From assembly GCA_023150565.1 (NCBI GenBank), contig JAKLKR010000004.1, positions 1-64,000 of the forward strand: a stretch of 64,000 nucleotides of DNA, given 5' to 3'. A model generated the notes under the pieces. That model had not been told where the DNA came from. It did not search any database and saw only the letters and a program-made list of their open reading frames with translations. Made by a program: the position numbers and the translations under genes. The stretch's first letter is position 1, and each line of letters opens with the position of its first letter. This DNA comes from Planctomycetota bacterium (lineage in GTDB: Bacteria > Planctomycetota > UBA11346). Of this stretch, positions 35,824 through 44,879 are shown piece by piece.

Positions 35824-37587
35824 TTACGGAGCCTGTTTGCCAGCCACTCCACGGCGCCGAGCATACTGGGTGGGCGTCAGTTCAGCTGGTGACCGCCGCT
35901 CGTAGTGCAGGTCGTCGATGATGTCGTTGAGGTAGGCGACGGGGTCGAGGCGGTGGAGGAGCGCGGTCTGGGTGACGGTGAGCAGGGTGGCGTAGCCTGT
36001 GGCCCCGGCCTCCGAGGCGCTGAAGAGGCTGTTCTTGCGGTGGAGGGCAATCGGTCGGATGGCCCGTTCCGTCTGGTTATTGTCTATGGGGGCTTGGCCG
36101 ATGGTCGGATAGCGCTCCAGTCCCGGCCAGAGCTTGCGCGCGTAGCTCACCGCCATGGCGATGCCCGACTTGGGCAGGATGCGCGGCTCGATGGCCCAGG
36201 CGTCGAGGGTGGCCTTGATCTCGGCCAGGATCGGCTTGGCCTGGGCGCTGCGGGCGAAGACGCGCTCGGCCGGGGTCGCAGCGCGCAGGCCCGCCTCAAT
36301 GCCGTAGAGCTTCCCGATCAGGTCGAGCATGATCGGCCGGCGGGCCTTGTCCTCGGATTCGTGGAACTTCCGTCGGACATGGGCCCAGCAGAAGAGCGGC
36401 ACCACCGCTGGGGTCGCCAGCAGCCGGCCGTGGCCGGCATAGGCGTCGCCCATTACCGCCCCATGGAAACCGTCCAGAAGGTCGGTGATCCACTTCCCCT
36501 CGCGGGTGGGGCTGAAGAGGTAGTAGCTGCCGACCGGGGCAGTCACCGCCCAGAGCCGGGCCTGCTGGCAGACCCGGCGGTCATCGACCTGGAGGCGGTG
36601 CACGGTGTCGTCGATGCCGACCACCGGGCAGGCGGTGATCTCGTCGAAGATGGCTGCTGCCACGTCGCCCAGGAAATCCGCCAGGGCGATATGCCAGCGG
36701 CAGAGCTTGGCGCGCGGGATCAGCGCCCCCAGGCGGGCGGCGCGCTGCTCCTGCCGGTGCGCAGGCAGATGGTCCACCACCTTGTCGACCGCCGACTGCA
36801 CCAGCAGGTCGTCGCTGACCTGGCCGCGCTCGATCACCGAGGGTGGGGTCAAGGTCTGCTGGGTGGTGATGCCGCCCTTCAACTGCAGGCGGACCACCGG
36901 GCAGGTCAGAACCTCGATGTGGAGGTCCATCTTGCCCACCGACCAGCGCTCGATGGTGGTGGTGCCGGCCGGGGTGACACCGAGCGCGTGTCGCAGGAAG
37001 GGGTGGTTGGCCGGCGGGACATAGGTGCTGTGCCGACGCTCGATGTCGGCGGGGAGCGGGTTGCGGCCACCGGCGTTGGCCGGGCGCTGCCGGGTGCGGC
37101 CGGCGGGCTTGTCCGCCGGGGTCGCGGCGTCGGACGAGAGCGGCTTCTCGGTCTCGGTCGCCGGGGTCAGGGCGGCGATCTGCTCGCCCGAGGAGGCCAG
37201 GTCCGGCTCCAGGTTCTCGAACGCGGACAGCACCTCCTGGATATAGCCCTGGTCGGCGCAGGCCCGCTCGCTCACCGCACCGTACTCCCGGCGCAGCAGC
37301 CGGCGCATGCGCTCATCGCCGTTCTGGATGGCGACCAGCAAGCCCGACACCTGCTGTTTCAGATCCGCGTGCTGCCGGCGCAACTCGGCCAGTTCTAGGC
37401 GCAGCGCATCGCGCTCGGCACGGGCCTCGTCGCGCTCGCGCCGGGCCTCGTCGCGCTCGCGCCTGGCCTCGTCGCGCTCGGCGCGCAGCACATCCTTCTC
37501 CGCCTGCAGGCGTTCGACGGCGGCACGCAGCTGCCCGATCTCGGCCGCCTGCCGCAGGATCAGCGCTTCCATCTGGTCAGGGGTCAT
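35824..37587 (-). CDS. tnpC: IS66 transposase TnpC.
   Basis: N-terminal coiled coil with an ERDEARR x3 repeat and a Zn-finger region. DDE region GDAYAGY...CWAHVRRKF and IDNNQTERAIRPIALHRKNSLF. I chose ATG 37587. Confidence 0.85.
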   Translation of the reverse strand: MTPDQMEALILRQAAEIGQLRAAVERLQAEKDVLRAERDEARRERDEARRERDEARAERDALRLELAELRRQHADLKQQVSGLLVAIQNGDERMRRLLRREYGAVSERACADQGYIQEVLSAFENLEPDLASSGEQIAALTPATETEKPLSSDAATPADKPAGRTRQRPANAGGRNPLPADIERRHSTYVPPANHPFLRHALGVTPAGTTTIERWSVGKMDLHIEVLTCPVVRLQLKGGITTQQTLTPPSVIERGQVSDDLLVQSAVDKVVDHLPAHRQEQRAARLGALIPRAKLCRWHIALADFLGDVAAAIFDEITACPVVGIDDTVHRLQVDDRRVCQQARLWAVTAPVGSYYLFSPTREGKWITDLLDGFHGAVMGDAYAGHGRLLATPAVVPLFCWAHVRRKFHESEDKARRPIMLDLIGKLYGIEAGLRAATPAERVFARSAQAKPILAEIKATLDAWAIEPRILPKSGIAMAVSYARKLWPGLERYPTIGQAPIDNNQTERAIRPIALHRKNSLFSASEAGATGYATLLTVTQTALLHRLDPVAYLNDIIDDLHYERRSPAELTPTQYARRRGVAGKQAP

Positions 37588-37603
37588 CGCGGGCACGTCG
37601 ACA

Positions 37604-38032
37604 TTATCGCGGTGATTCCGCTGCGCCCACACCGATCCCCCCGGCGGGCGCCATTGATGCGTTCAGGCGCGTCGGTGGATGCGTGTAGTGCTGGTGGTAG
37701 CTGGCGGCACGAACCTCGATGCCCTCCAGGATGGCCATGATCTCGGCCACCGACAGCGCGTGGCTGCCCCGTGCGTCGCGCGATCCCAGCCGTCCAGCGA
37801 CCGCGAACGTGCCCCGCTCCAGCCGTTTGCTCGCAAGCCAGTACCCCGAAACGTCCCAGGCCAGGATTTTCACAGAACTGCGATGCCGACTGATGAAGAC
37901 GAAGGCATCGCCGCTCAGCGGATCGCGATCCAGTTGATCACGCACCAGGGCGGCCAGACCGTTGGCCCCTTTGCGCATGTCGGCGGGGGCGCGGGCCAGG
38001 AAGATCCGCTGGCAGTGCGACAGGCTCAGCAT
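37604..38032 (-). CDS. tnpB: IS66 accessory protein TnpB (Orf2).
   Basis: MLSLSHCQRIFLARAPADMRKGANGLAALVRDQLDRDPLSGDAFVFISRHRSSVKILAWDVSGYWLASKRLERGTF matches the conserved IS66 Orf2 pattern. Confidence 0.8.
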   Translation of the reverse strand: MLSLSHCQRIFLARAPADMRKGANGLAALVRDQLDRDPLSGDAFVFISRHRSSVKILAWDVSGYWLASKRLERGTFAVAGRLGSRDARGSHALSVAEIMAILEGIEVRAASYHQHYTHPPTRLNASMAPAGGIGVGAAESPR

Positions 38033-38325
38033 GGTGCCACCAGCGAGCGTACGACCTGGACCAGCCAGGCGGGGTCGACCCGTTCGGAGAAGACCAGTCG
38101 CGCACCGTTGGGCCATTCGCACCACACCACCCCGGCGTGGCTGGGCCGGCGGACCTCGACGAACCCGTTGGGCACCTCGCCTGGCCCTGGGCCTGGTCGG
38201 CGGCGGAGCCACACGCGGAATCGGTGATAGGGCAACCCTTCCTGCCGGCAGTAGGCCGCCTGGCTCAGGCCGCTCGCCTGCCACGAAGCCACATGGGTGT
38301 CGGGGTCGGGAATGGATTGGGACAT
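38026..38325 (-). CDS. tnpA: IS66 accessory protein TnpA (Orf1).
   Basis: About 99 aa, sitting upstream of and overlapping tnpB. An HTH-like small protein typical of IS66 Orf1. Confidence 0.7.
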   Translation of the reverse strand: MSQSIPDPDTHVASWQASGLSQAAYCRQEGLPYHRFRVWLRRRPGPGPGEVPNGFVEVRRPSHAGVVWCEWPNGARLVFSERVDPAWLVQVVRSLVAPC

Positions 38326-38882
38326 GATGATCGCCTCCGATGGAGACGGGTCATCATGGTCGGACGGCTCGGAATGAGCGAGACGTTCGTAAACCGATTA
38401 CGTTTTCATTGGGATCTCAGGCATTAATAGACCTGTTTGATGGAAATACCAGTGTTTGGATTGAAGTGAAATACCGCGAGAAAACGGTAAGCATTCGCGG
38501 AGGCGATCCGCGGACGGGGATATCATTTCAAACCTACAAGCAGTACATAAAAGACGCAGCGCATATCAGGCATCCCTGTTTACGTTATTTTTATTCAAGG
38601 CCAGGAAGGCGGCATTTACGGGTCACCATTAGAAAGCCTGGCTGTCAATGAGACGATGGACGTCTTCGATGCCACGCAACGGGACGGATCGAAGGTTCGG
38701 ATGATTGCCTGGGATGTAAAATCCTTACGGCCATATGGGCGACTTGAGGAAATGGTTGTCGATGAAACACGCAAAACAAGAAACGCCAGATTCTTTTTAG
38801 AACAATCCCGGTCTGAATGTTATTGGCGGTTTACCCCGCGATTGCATTGGTGCCAACCCCACCCATGTGCCCACCCTCGAAT

Positions 38883-40358
38883 TCACCACGCTTCGCTGAC
38901 CGGATTGCATAGACGAACCGGCAGACTCCTGATGGTGTAGACGCCGAGCTGTTTGAGAGCGCCGGCAATGGCTTGTCGTTCAAGCGCATCGGCACCTATT
39001 GTACGACACCCGTCCTTGGTGGCAACGCGGAGGATGCCGAGGATCGACCTGCGTTGGGCAGCGACGGCGGTGTCCAACTGGTCGCGCTCGCCGGCGCTGA
39101 TGGCGGTGCGCATGGCGAAACGATGTTCGGGCGTGGTGACCTGGGTGCGGTCGGCACGGCGGCGGTTGGCGAGCAGGCGCGCAGCCTCGACATCGTTACT
39201 GGTCCAGTTGGCCGGGCGGCCATGGCGTACAGCGAGTTCGTGGGTCAGGACTTTGATGACGCCGTTGCCGGCCTCGCAGGCGCCATTGTACCGGGGCGTG
39301 TAGGCCGGCGACAAGAGCAGGTGGACGCGGTGGCGGCGCAGCAGGGTGCGGGTGGCGCGAGCGCTGAAGGCCGGCCCGTTGTCAGCCTTGATCACCAGCG
39401 GTGCTCCATGCACGGCGATGAGGGTGGTCAGGACGGCGACCACCGCCGCCGCGTCGTCGGTAGTGCAGGGCATCGCTGCGAGCGTGCAACCCGAGGCGAG
39501 GTCGCGGACGGTGAGGATGACGCGGTAGCGTCCGTCGATGGGCGTGGGCGGCTCGGTGAAGTCCATGGCCCAGACGCGGCCCGGTGCCGTCCAGGTGAGG
39601 GCCCAGTAGCGATGGGCGCGGACGCACTCGTGGGCCGCCCGGCGGGCGGCGAAAAGGAGCCAGTGCAAGTCGCGGCGACCGATGGCCGGGAAATGCTCTT
39701 GGAGGACCCGGACGCCGTAGTGGCAGCCGTGCAGCAGCAGGAAGTCCTGCACCTGATGGCGCTGGGCCGGGGTGGCGGTGAGCGCCGGCGCCCCCAGTGG
39801 CGCGGGATGAAGGCGGTCGGCCGGGTCATCCCACCGGCGACGCCACTCGGCGAGGGTGGCAGGGTCGACCCCCAGGGCGTCGGCGCAGCGCGCCAGGGAC
39901 CAGCCCCGCCAGCGTGCCCAGCGCAGGTGGGCCAGGGCGCGCAGCCGCAGACGGCGCTCATCCCGGCGCTGGGCGACCTGGCGGTCGGCAGCGCGCAGGA
40001 CGAAGCGCGGTATGCGGTGAAAGCCGGTGCGCAGCAGGTTGGTGAGGATGTTCTGGTGGTGCTGTTCGCGCCGGATCTGGGCCGGGGTCAGGACCGGTGC
40101 GTCGGGATCGGCCGGCGTCAGCGGTTTTTTTTGAGGCGCGGACCCAGACCCACATGGAGTTCGGCGCGGACCCGCTCTAGTTGCATGGCGGTTTCCGCGT
40201 CGCGGGCCCGCTGCTCCGCCTGACGCAGAGCCTCGGCCTGGTCGGCGAGCACATCCTCGGCGGCCCTGGGCTTGGGACCGGGCGTGCGCGGCTCCAGGGC
40301 GGCAACCAGCCCTTCCAGGGCCTGGCGGCGCAGCACATGGACGAAGGAGCGGTCGCAT
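38883..40358 (-). CDS. IS3/IS481-superfamily transposase OrfB (integrase core domain), probably expressed as an OrfAB fusion.
   Basis: An rve-like DDE core. The upstream portion of the ORF-track protein is Arg/Gly-rich read-through. The likely in vivo product starts by a -1 frameshift from orfA. Confidence 0.65.
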   Translation of the reverse strand: MRPLLRPCAAPPGPGRAGCRPGAAHARSQAQGRRGCARRPGRGSASGGAAGPRRGNRHATRAGPRRTPCGSGSAPQKKPLTPADPDAPVLTPAQIRREQHHQNILTNLLRTGFHRIPRFVLRAADRQVAQRRDERRLRLRALAHLRWARWRGWSLARCADALGVDPATLAEWRRRWDDPADRLHPAPLGAPALTATPAQRHQVQDFLLLHGCHYGVRVLQEHFPAIGRRDLHWLLFAARRAAHECVRAHRYWALTWTAPGRVWAMDFTEPPTPIDGRYRVILTVRDLASGCTLAAMPCTTDDAAAVVAVLTTLIAVHGAPLVIKADNGPAFSARATRTLLRRHRVHLLLSPAYTPRYNGACEAGNGVIKVLTHELAVRHGRPANWTSNDVEAARLLANRRRADRTQVTTPEHRFAMRTAISAGERDQLDTAVAAQRRSILGILRVATKDGCRTIGADALERQAIAGALKQLGVYTIRSLPVRLCNPVSEAW

Positions 40359-40492
40359 CCCAGGGCGTCGGCGGCCTGCTGGATGGTGATGCTGCCGTCA
40401 ATGGTCTGGAGCAGGATGTGGGCTTTGCGCCTGGCCTCATCGCTGCCGGGCAGGGCGTCAACCAGGGCGGGTCCAGCGGTGGTGCGGGGCAT
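40118..40492 (-). CDS. IS3-family transposase OrfA (HTH).
   Basis: MPRTTAGPALVDALPGSDEARRKAHILLQTIDGSITIQQAADALGCDRSFVHVLRR plus a leucine zipper. Ends LKKNR* on the slippery run. Confidence 0.65.
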   Translation of the reverse strand: MPRTTAGPALVDALPGSDEARRKAHILLQTIDGSITIQQAADALGCDRSFVHVLRRQALEGLVAALEPRTPGPKPRAAEDVLADQAEALRQAEQRARDAETAMQLERVRAELHVGLGPRLKKNR

Positions 40493-40680
40493 GCTGATAG
40501 TCCGAAGACGCTCCGGCTGCGCCGGAGCGGGATTTGTCGCAGAGGACCGGTCCGGCAGGCAGCGGAGGAGGTCCCGTTCCCGGCCGTGGGAGTGCCCGAG
40601 GAGGCGGGGCATCCGTGCCCCGCCTCCTCGGGCGCCGTCCCGGTCATCGGCGGCCGCTCGGGGTGCGTCCCCGCAGGGCC

Positions 40681-41352
40681 CTATCCTGCCGCCGACGCCG
40701 GGGGTATAGTCGGCGGCGGTGCACACGTCGCGGGTGGCGCCAAAACTCCTGCATCCCCCGCATCACGCACCTGCTTGGCTAGGCGCATCGCGCGCACGGT
40801 GGGCCGCTTGCGCTGGCGCGGTCGCGGCCCGGTGGCGGCAGTGGGAACCGGGGCCGTTCGCGCCCGGCGCTGCCGGGCGCCAGGCCGGTCGGCGGCGCCG
40901 CCACCGCCCGACGCTACCGGGGCAGGCGGTGATGGCGGCGGGCCGAAGGCGGCCTGGGCGATGCGCGCCAGGGCCTGGTAGCGCGCCGCCTCGGCCTTGA
41001 GACGGTCGCGCTCGGCGCGCAGGCGTTCGATCTCGGCCGGCAGGGCTGCACCCGGTATCGGGCCCGGGTTGCGCGGCTCGCAGGCGGCGACCAGCGCGGT
41101 CACCGCGCGGGACTCCCAGGCGTAGTAGCGGGCGGTGGTGATGCCCAGGGCCTGGGCGGCCTCGGTGATCGAGCGCACCCCAGCCAGCACGTCGAGGATG
41201 GCGCTGGCGATGCGCCGGGCTTCGACACTGACCGGCGGCGGAGCCAGGCCAGGGTCACCGGCACCGGGCTGGTCGGCCGGCTGGATGACGGGATCGGGCG
41301 CCTGGGGCAGGGCGGCAGGCATGGACGGGAGCGCGCCGCTCACAGGTCGCAC
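40681..41352 (-). CDS. Transposase OrfA-like HTH protein (a paralogue of the IS3 OrfA), likely a remnant of a truncated IS copy.
   Basis: An HTH segment IASAILDVLAGVRSITEAAQALGITTARYYAW plus a leucine zipper. Shares an ...EPR.PGP... block with the OrfA at 40118..40492. The C-terminal 90 aa are low-complexity Pro/Ala-rich. Confidence 0.4.
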   Translation of the reverse strand: MRPVSGALPSMPAALPQAPDPVIQPADQPGAGDPGLAPPPVSVEARRIASAILDVLAGVRSITEAAQALGITTARYYAWESRAVTALVAACEPRNPGPIPGAALPAEIERLRAERDRLKAEAARYQALARIAQAAFGPPPSPPAPVASGGGGAADRPGARQRRARTAPVPTAATGPRPRQRKRPTVRAMRLAKQVRDAGDAGVLAPPATCAPPPTIPPASAAG

Positions 41353-42956
41353 TCCTCATCCTGGTAGGGATGGTCGCGCAGGGCGGCGGCGGGCAGGCCG
41401 GCGACCAGGCGCTGGATGCGGTCGATGGGCGACACGCCCGGCGGCTGCACCGCCGCGCCCTGCCACGGCGACACCACCACCCCGGCGGCTGCCACCGGGA
41501 CGGCGTGCGTCGGCAGCGGCGGTACGGCGTACGAGAAGGCGACCGGCGGGGGCGGTGCCGACACGGGCGTGGGCGCCGGTGTCGGTGCTGGCGCCGGTGG
41601 CGCGGCTGGGGCTGCCATGACGGCTAGTGTCGGTGCCGGTGGTGGCAACTCTGGCGCGGCGGGCAGCGCTGCTGCCGGGGCCACGACCGGGGTCGGCAGC
41701 GGCTCCGGCAGCACCGGCGCCGGGCGCGGATCGAGCGCGATGGCGGCGCGCTGGTCGCCCTTCTGCAGGATCACCGTCTCGCCCTCGGCGTGCACCGAGA
41801 ACGCCTGCCCGGCCACGTTGCCGGTCAGGTAGAACGGCGCTTTGGGCACGCCGCCCCGCGCCAGTTCCAGGGCGTTGGCGGCCACCCGTTCGGCCAGCGC
41901 CTGGCGCACCTGCGGCGCGGCGCCGAAGAAGCGGTCGGCCGGCACCGCGTTGCCGATGCCCTGGTGGGGGCGCTGGAAGTTGTAGTAGTCCACAAAGTGG
42001 CCGATGCGCAGCCGCGCCTCGCCCAGGTCGGCAAATACCGCCGCCTCCAGGCACTCCCGCCACAGCGTGCCCCAGAAGCGCTCGGTCTTGCCCAGGGTCT
42101 CCGGGTGGCGTGGGGTGGCGACGATGTGCTTCACCCCGCGCGCAGCGCACTCGTGCGCGAACCGGCTGGTGCCGCGCCAGGTCACGTACTGGGTGCCGTT
42201 GTCGGTGAGCACCTCTTCCGGCGCCCCGTAGGACGCAATGCCAGCCCGGAACACTTCCAGCACCAGCGGCGTCGACTGGCTGGCGTGCAGGCCGTAGCTG
42301 ACGATGAATCGGCTGTGGTCATCGAGGAAGCCGACCAGGTGCACGCGCTGGTTCTGACGCTTGAGCATGAACGTGAACAGGTCGGTCTGCCACAGCTGGT
42401 TCGGCCGCGCCCGCTCGAAGTGCCGCACCTTGTCCGGGTGCGGCACGGTCGGCTGGTGCTCGACCTGGTAGCCGTTCTCGGTCAGCACCCGCAGCACCGC
42501 GTTCGGGCTTGCCGCCAGCCCGGGGCCGCGCTCCAGCATCGCCGCGATCCGCTCCACGCCCCAGTCCGGGTGCTGCTGCTTCATCAGCAGGATCGCCCGC
42601 TTGGCGATGTCCCCCAGCCGGCTGCCACGCGGGCCGCCGCGCGGCTGGTCCGCCAGGCCCGCCGGACCTTCCGCCTCGAAGCGCGCCTTCCAGGCGTACA
42701 GGGTGTGCTTCGACACACCCACCAGCGGCGCGAAGTCGCCCGCCGGCAGCCCGGACTTCATCCACGTGTCCAGCACCAGCAGCCGCTGCGCTGGCGTCAG
42801 CTGCGGCTGCGCGCCGGCCTCGGCTACCGGCACCGTGCTGCGGGTGCGCGAGCGTATGCGTCGGGCCGGCAGCTCGACCGCATCGCTGGACGGCGGCACC
42901 GGCTCGGCGGCCGTCGCTACCGGGTTGGTGATGGTCTGATCGTGGCTCATAGCCAC
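41340..42956 (-). CDS. IS481-family transposase (HTH plus rve DDE) with a Pro/Ala-rich C-terminal tail.
   Basis: LTPAQR...SKHTLYAWKARFEAEG HTH region, WQTDLFTF, DDHSRF, LTDNGTQYV, HPETLGKTERF, and YNFQRPHQGIGNAVPADRF. Confidence 0.8.
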   Translation of the reverse strand: MAMSHDQTITNPVATAAEPVPPSSDAVELPARRIRSRTRSTVPVAEAGAQPQLTPAQRLLVLDTWMKSGLPAGDFAPLVGVSKHTLYAWKARFEAEGPAGLADQPRGGPRGSRLGDIAKRAILLMKQQHPDWGVERIAAMLERGPGLAASPNAVLRVLTENGYQVEHQPTVPHPDKVRHFERARPNQLWQTDLFTFMLKRQNQRVHLVGFLDDHSRFIVSYGLHASQSTPLVLEVFRAGIASYGAPEEVLTDNGTQYVTWRGTSRFAHECAARGVKHIVATPRHPETLGKTERFWGTLWRECLEAAVFADLGEARLRIGHFVDYYNFQRPHQGIGNAVPADRFFGAAPQVRQALAERVAANALELARGGVPKAPFYLTGNVAGQAFSVHAEGETVILQKGDQRAAIALDPRPAPVLPEPLPTPVVAPAAALPAAPELPPPAPTLAVMAAPAAPPAPAPTPAPTPVSAPPPPVAFSYAVPPLPTHAVPVAAAGVVVSPWQGAAVQPPGVSPIDRIQRLVAGLPAAALRDHPYQDEECDL

Positions 42957-43570
42957 TTCTCCTGGCGGCGGTGCCGCCCTGGGGAGTCGGGCCGATTCGT
43001 CTATGTGTTGGTCAGATCAGAGCGCGGGGAATTCTGGTGCGGTGGACAGGCGTCCGTGAACCGACCGTGATCGAACCGGAAAGCATTCCGCGCAGCACCG
43101 ACCACCATGTAGCTGCACGCTCACCAGCTCGACCTGTCTCGTTGGGGTCCAGATTGAGTGCGCGGAAGGCCCTGGCAATCTGATCGACGGCATAACCAGG
43201 ATTCGCGGAGGCTCCGGTATCCTGTTCAGGAGATGAACGCTGGTTAGGGGGCACGGGCATGGCTTGCATAGACTCAGGCCTTCACCCAAAGGAGGCAAGC
43301 TCCACCCGGACCGGGGAGGAAGCCAGCCCCGTCCACGCACCTGCTGCGAACCAGAGGCGCTACCTCGTCCAGTCCCTGAGGCTAGACTGAGGGACTGGCG
43401 ACCATCGGCTGACCCATATACCGCATTACCAAGCGTATTTGGCCGGTGACTACCGGGTTGATGCCGCAGGCGACATGACCCCCGTTATCACCACACATTT
43501 CCGCACGTTCCAGACTGCCTATGAGGCCTTCGGACTGCGCTAGGCGATCCGAGCCGCCTCAACACGGGCC

Positions 43571-44878
43571 TTGGACCAGAAGTCCGAGGGCATTAGGGTC
43601 CCCTCAATGACTGCGCCAGAACGACTTCCCTGTAAAACAGTCGAATGTACACGCACCATCCTGCCCAGCACGGCGGTGGAAACAGGCGGCTATTGCCAAC
43701 CCTGCATTCAGGAGCAGCGACGGAAGGCGCATCAGGAGTATGTGTTGGCCAATCGCAAGGATGTTGACCCCTTCGCCGGCCTTGTCGATCCTGTTGACAT
43801 CATCTTGGCCTTTCATGAACCGCGCCCGCACAACGAGCTGATCCGTTACCTGCCGCTCCAGCGTCCCCTTGCCTCAGTCTACCGGGACCTCAGTTCGAGC
43901 GGCGTGGAGCGACTCATCGACCACGTCATCGCAACGGCTGACTCGGAACACGAGAGCCGTGGTGAGCACCTCTTGATTGAACTGGCCGCCTATACGACTG
44001 CCAACCTTGATCGCGCCCTGTTGGCACTGATCCGCCAGGGCGAGTATTATCCAGGAATGGCGTTCTGCCGGGCTGGTGACGCCGTTCGGGATAGCCTGCT
44101 GACAGCAACAGAGACGCTCAACCGGCATGCCCTGCACGCCCTGGCCTGGGTTGACCACCCTTCTGCCCGGGAACGCTTCGCGCATTGGCAGAAGCATCCG
44201 CCGGACTATCTAGCCAGCCTGCACGTCCCGACCAGCAGTTACGCCCAGATTGGTGGCTGGCAGTTTGAGTCCGATGGTTGTGCACGGCGACTGTATCTCC
44301 AAACGTGTAGGGCATTGATCCCTGCGACACGAGGCGCGGCGTCGGACTCGCATGCGTGTCGCATCGGCATCACCACGGGCCAACCGTGCCCGCAGTGTGG
44401 CCGTCCCTTGACGGACCTGATGATCCTGGATCGGAACGACCAGCGACTGACCTCGATTCCCTGGCCGAAACGGCAGTTGCATGTGCGGACATGTCTCGCC
44501 TGCACCTGCTACGGTTCCGTCTTCTTCAGCCATTCTGACGGTGGTCATCCGGCGTGGCTTGGCGAGGCTATCCCGCAGCCGCCTTCCCAGGATGGCGATT
44601 GGTCTCCGCTGCCCGCAGGATCGCTCGTCCTCGACGTCGCCGAACGTGGGGTGTTGCACGGAGCATCAGACATCCTTCCCGATCCGCTCTCTCAGATCGG
44701 CGGCCTGCCTGCGTGGGTTCAGGATACCGGCTATCTGTCGTGTCCGACATGCGCAAAGGCCATGACGTTCATCGGGCAAATCTCCGTCGCGGATGTGCAC
44801 CAGCACGGGGATGGCATGTACTATGCGTTGGTCTGTTCAGCCTGCCAGGTCACAGGCACGGCCTACCAGCAGACCTGA
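43571..44878 (+). CDS. DUF1963 (YwqG)-like protein with N-terminal zinc-ribbon-like Cys pairs.
   Basis: The C-terminus GGLPAWVQDTGYLSCPTCAKAMTFIGQISVADVHQHGDGMYYALVCSACQ resembles the DUF1963 signature. Additional CxxC pairs occur at the N-terminus and mid-protein. Confidence 0.45.
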   Translation: MDQKSEGIRVPSMTAPERLPCKTVECTRTILPSTAVETGGYCQPCIQEQRRKAHQEYVLANRKDVDPFAGLVDPVDIILAFHEPRPHNELIRYLPLQRPLASVYRDLSSSGVERLIDHVIATADSEHESRGEHLLIELAAYTTANLDRALLALIRQGEYYPGMAFCRAGDAVRDSLLTATETLNRHALHALAWVDHPSARERFAHWQKHPPDYLASLHVPTSSYAQIGGWQFESDGCARRLYLQTCRALIPATRGAASDSHACRIGITTGQPCPQCGRPLTDLMILDRNDQRLTSIPWPKRQLHVRTCLACTCYGSVFFSHSDGGHPAWLGEAIPQPPSQDGDWSPLPAGSLVLDVAERGVLHGASDILPDPLSQIGGLPAWVQDTGYLSCPTCAKAMTFIGQISVADVHQHGDGMYYALVCSACQVTGTAYQQT

Positions 44879-44879
44879 T

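Larger units (their letters stand above)
35815..38401 (-). mobile_element. IS66-family insertion sequence (tnpA-tnpB-tnpC). The termini are approximate.
   Basis: Three-ORF IS66 architecture. Terminal IRs GTAACCGGTTTACGG at 35815.. and the reverse complement GTAATCGGTTTACGAACG ending at 38401 (15/18 match). No clean TSD identified. Confidence 0.75.
38883..40492 (-). mobile_element. IS3-like element with orfA/orfB and a programmed -1 frameshift site (A8 run). The exact termini are not determined.
   Basis: OrfA (40492..40118) is an HTH plus leucine-zipper protein. OrfB (to 38883) is in the -1 frame and has an rve-type DDE core (WAMDFTEP, LVIKADNGPAFSA). An AAAAAAAA slippery run sits at 40125..40132 (minus strand), just before the orfA stop, at the start of the orfA/orfB overlap, giving ...RLKK|KPLTPADP... 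. Confidence 0.65.

Noticed and set aside
35905-37398. A 497-aa plus-strand ORF inside IS66.
   Set aside because: Antisense of tnpC, which carries clear DDE transposase motifs.
37370-37500. A tandem ~21-bp DNA repeat (GCCTCGTCGCGCTCGCGCCGG x3), as a possible CRISPR-like or regulatory repeat.
   Set aside because: It lies inside IS66 tnpC and simply encodes the ERDEARR x3 coiled-coil repeat. No spacers and no array structure.
38973-40223. A 416-aa plus-strand ORF opposite the IS3-like orfB.
   Set aside because: An antisense shadow ORF. The integrase-core motifs are on the minus strand.
41356-42150. A 264-aa minus-strand ORF in an alternative frame within the IS481 transposase.
   Set aside because: Overlaps the real transposase frame, which has DDE motifs. 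Its Arg/Gly/Pro-rich composition is typical of an off-frame translation of high-GC DNA.
43012-43269. An 85-aa minus-strand ORF upstream of the IS481 transposase.
   Set aside because: No motifs and no convincing start context. It lies in the probable 5' terminal region of the IS element.
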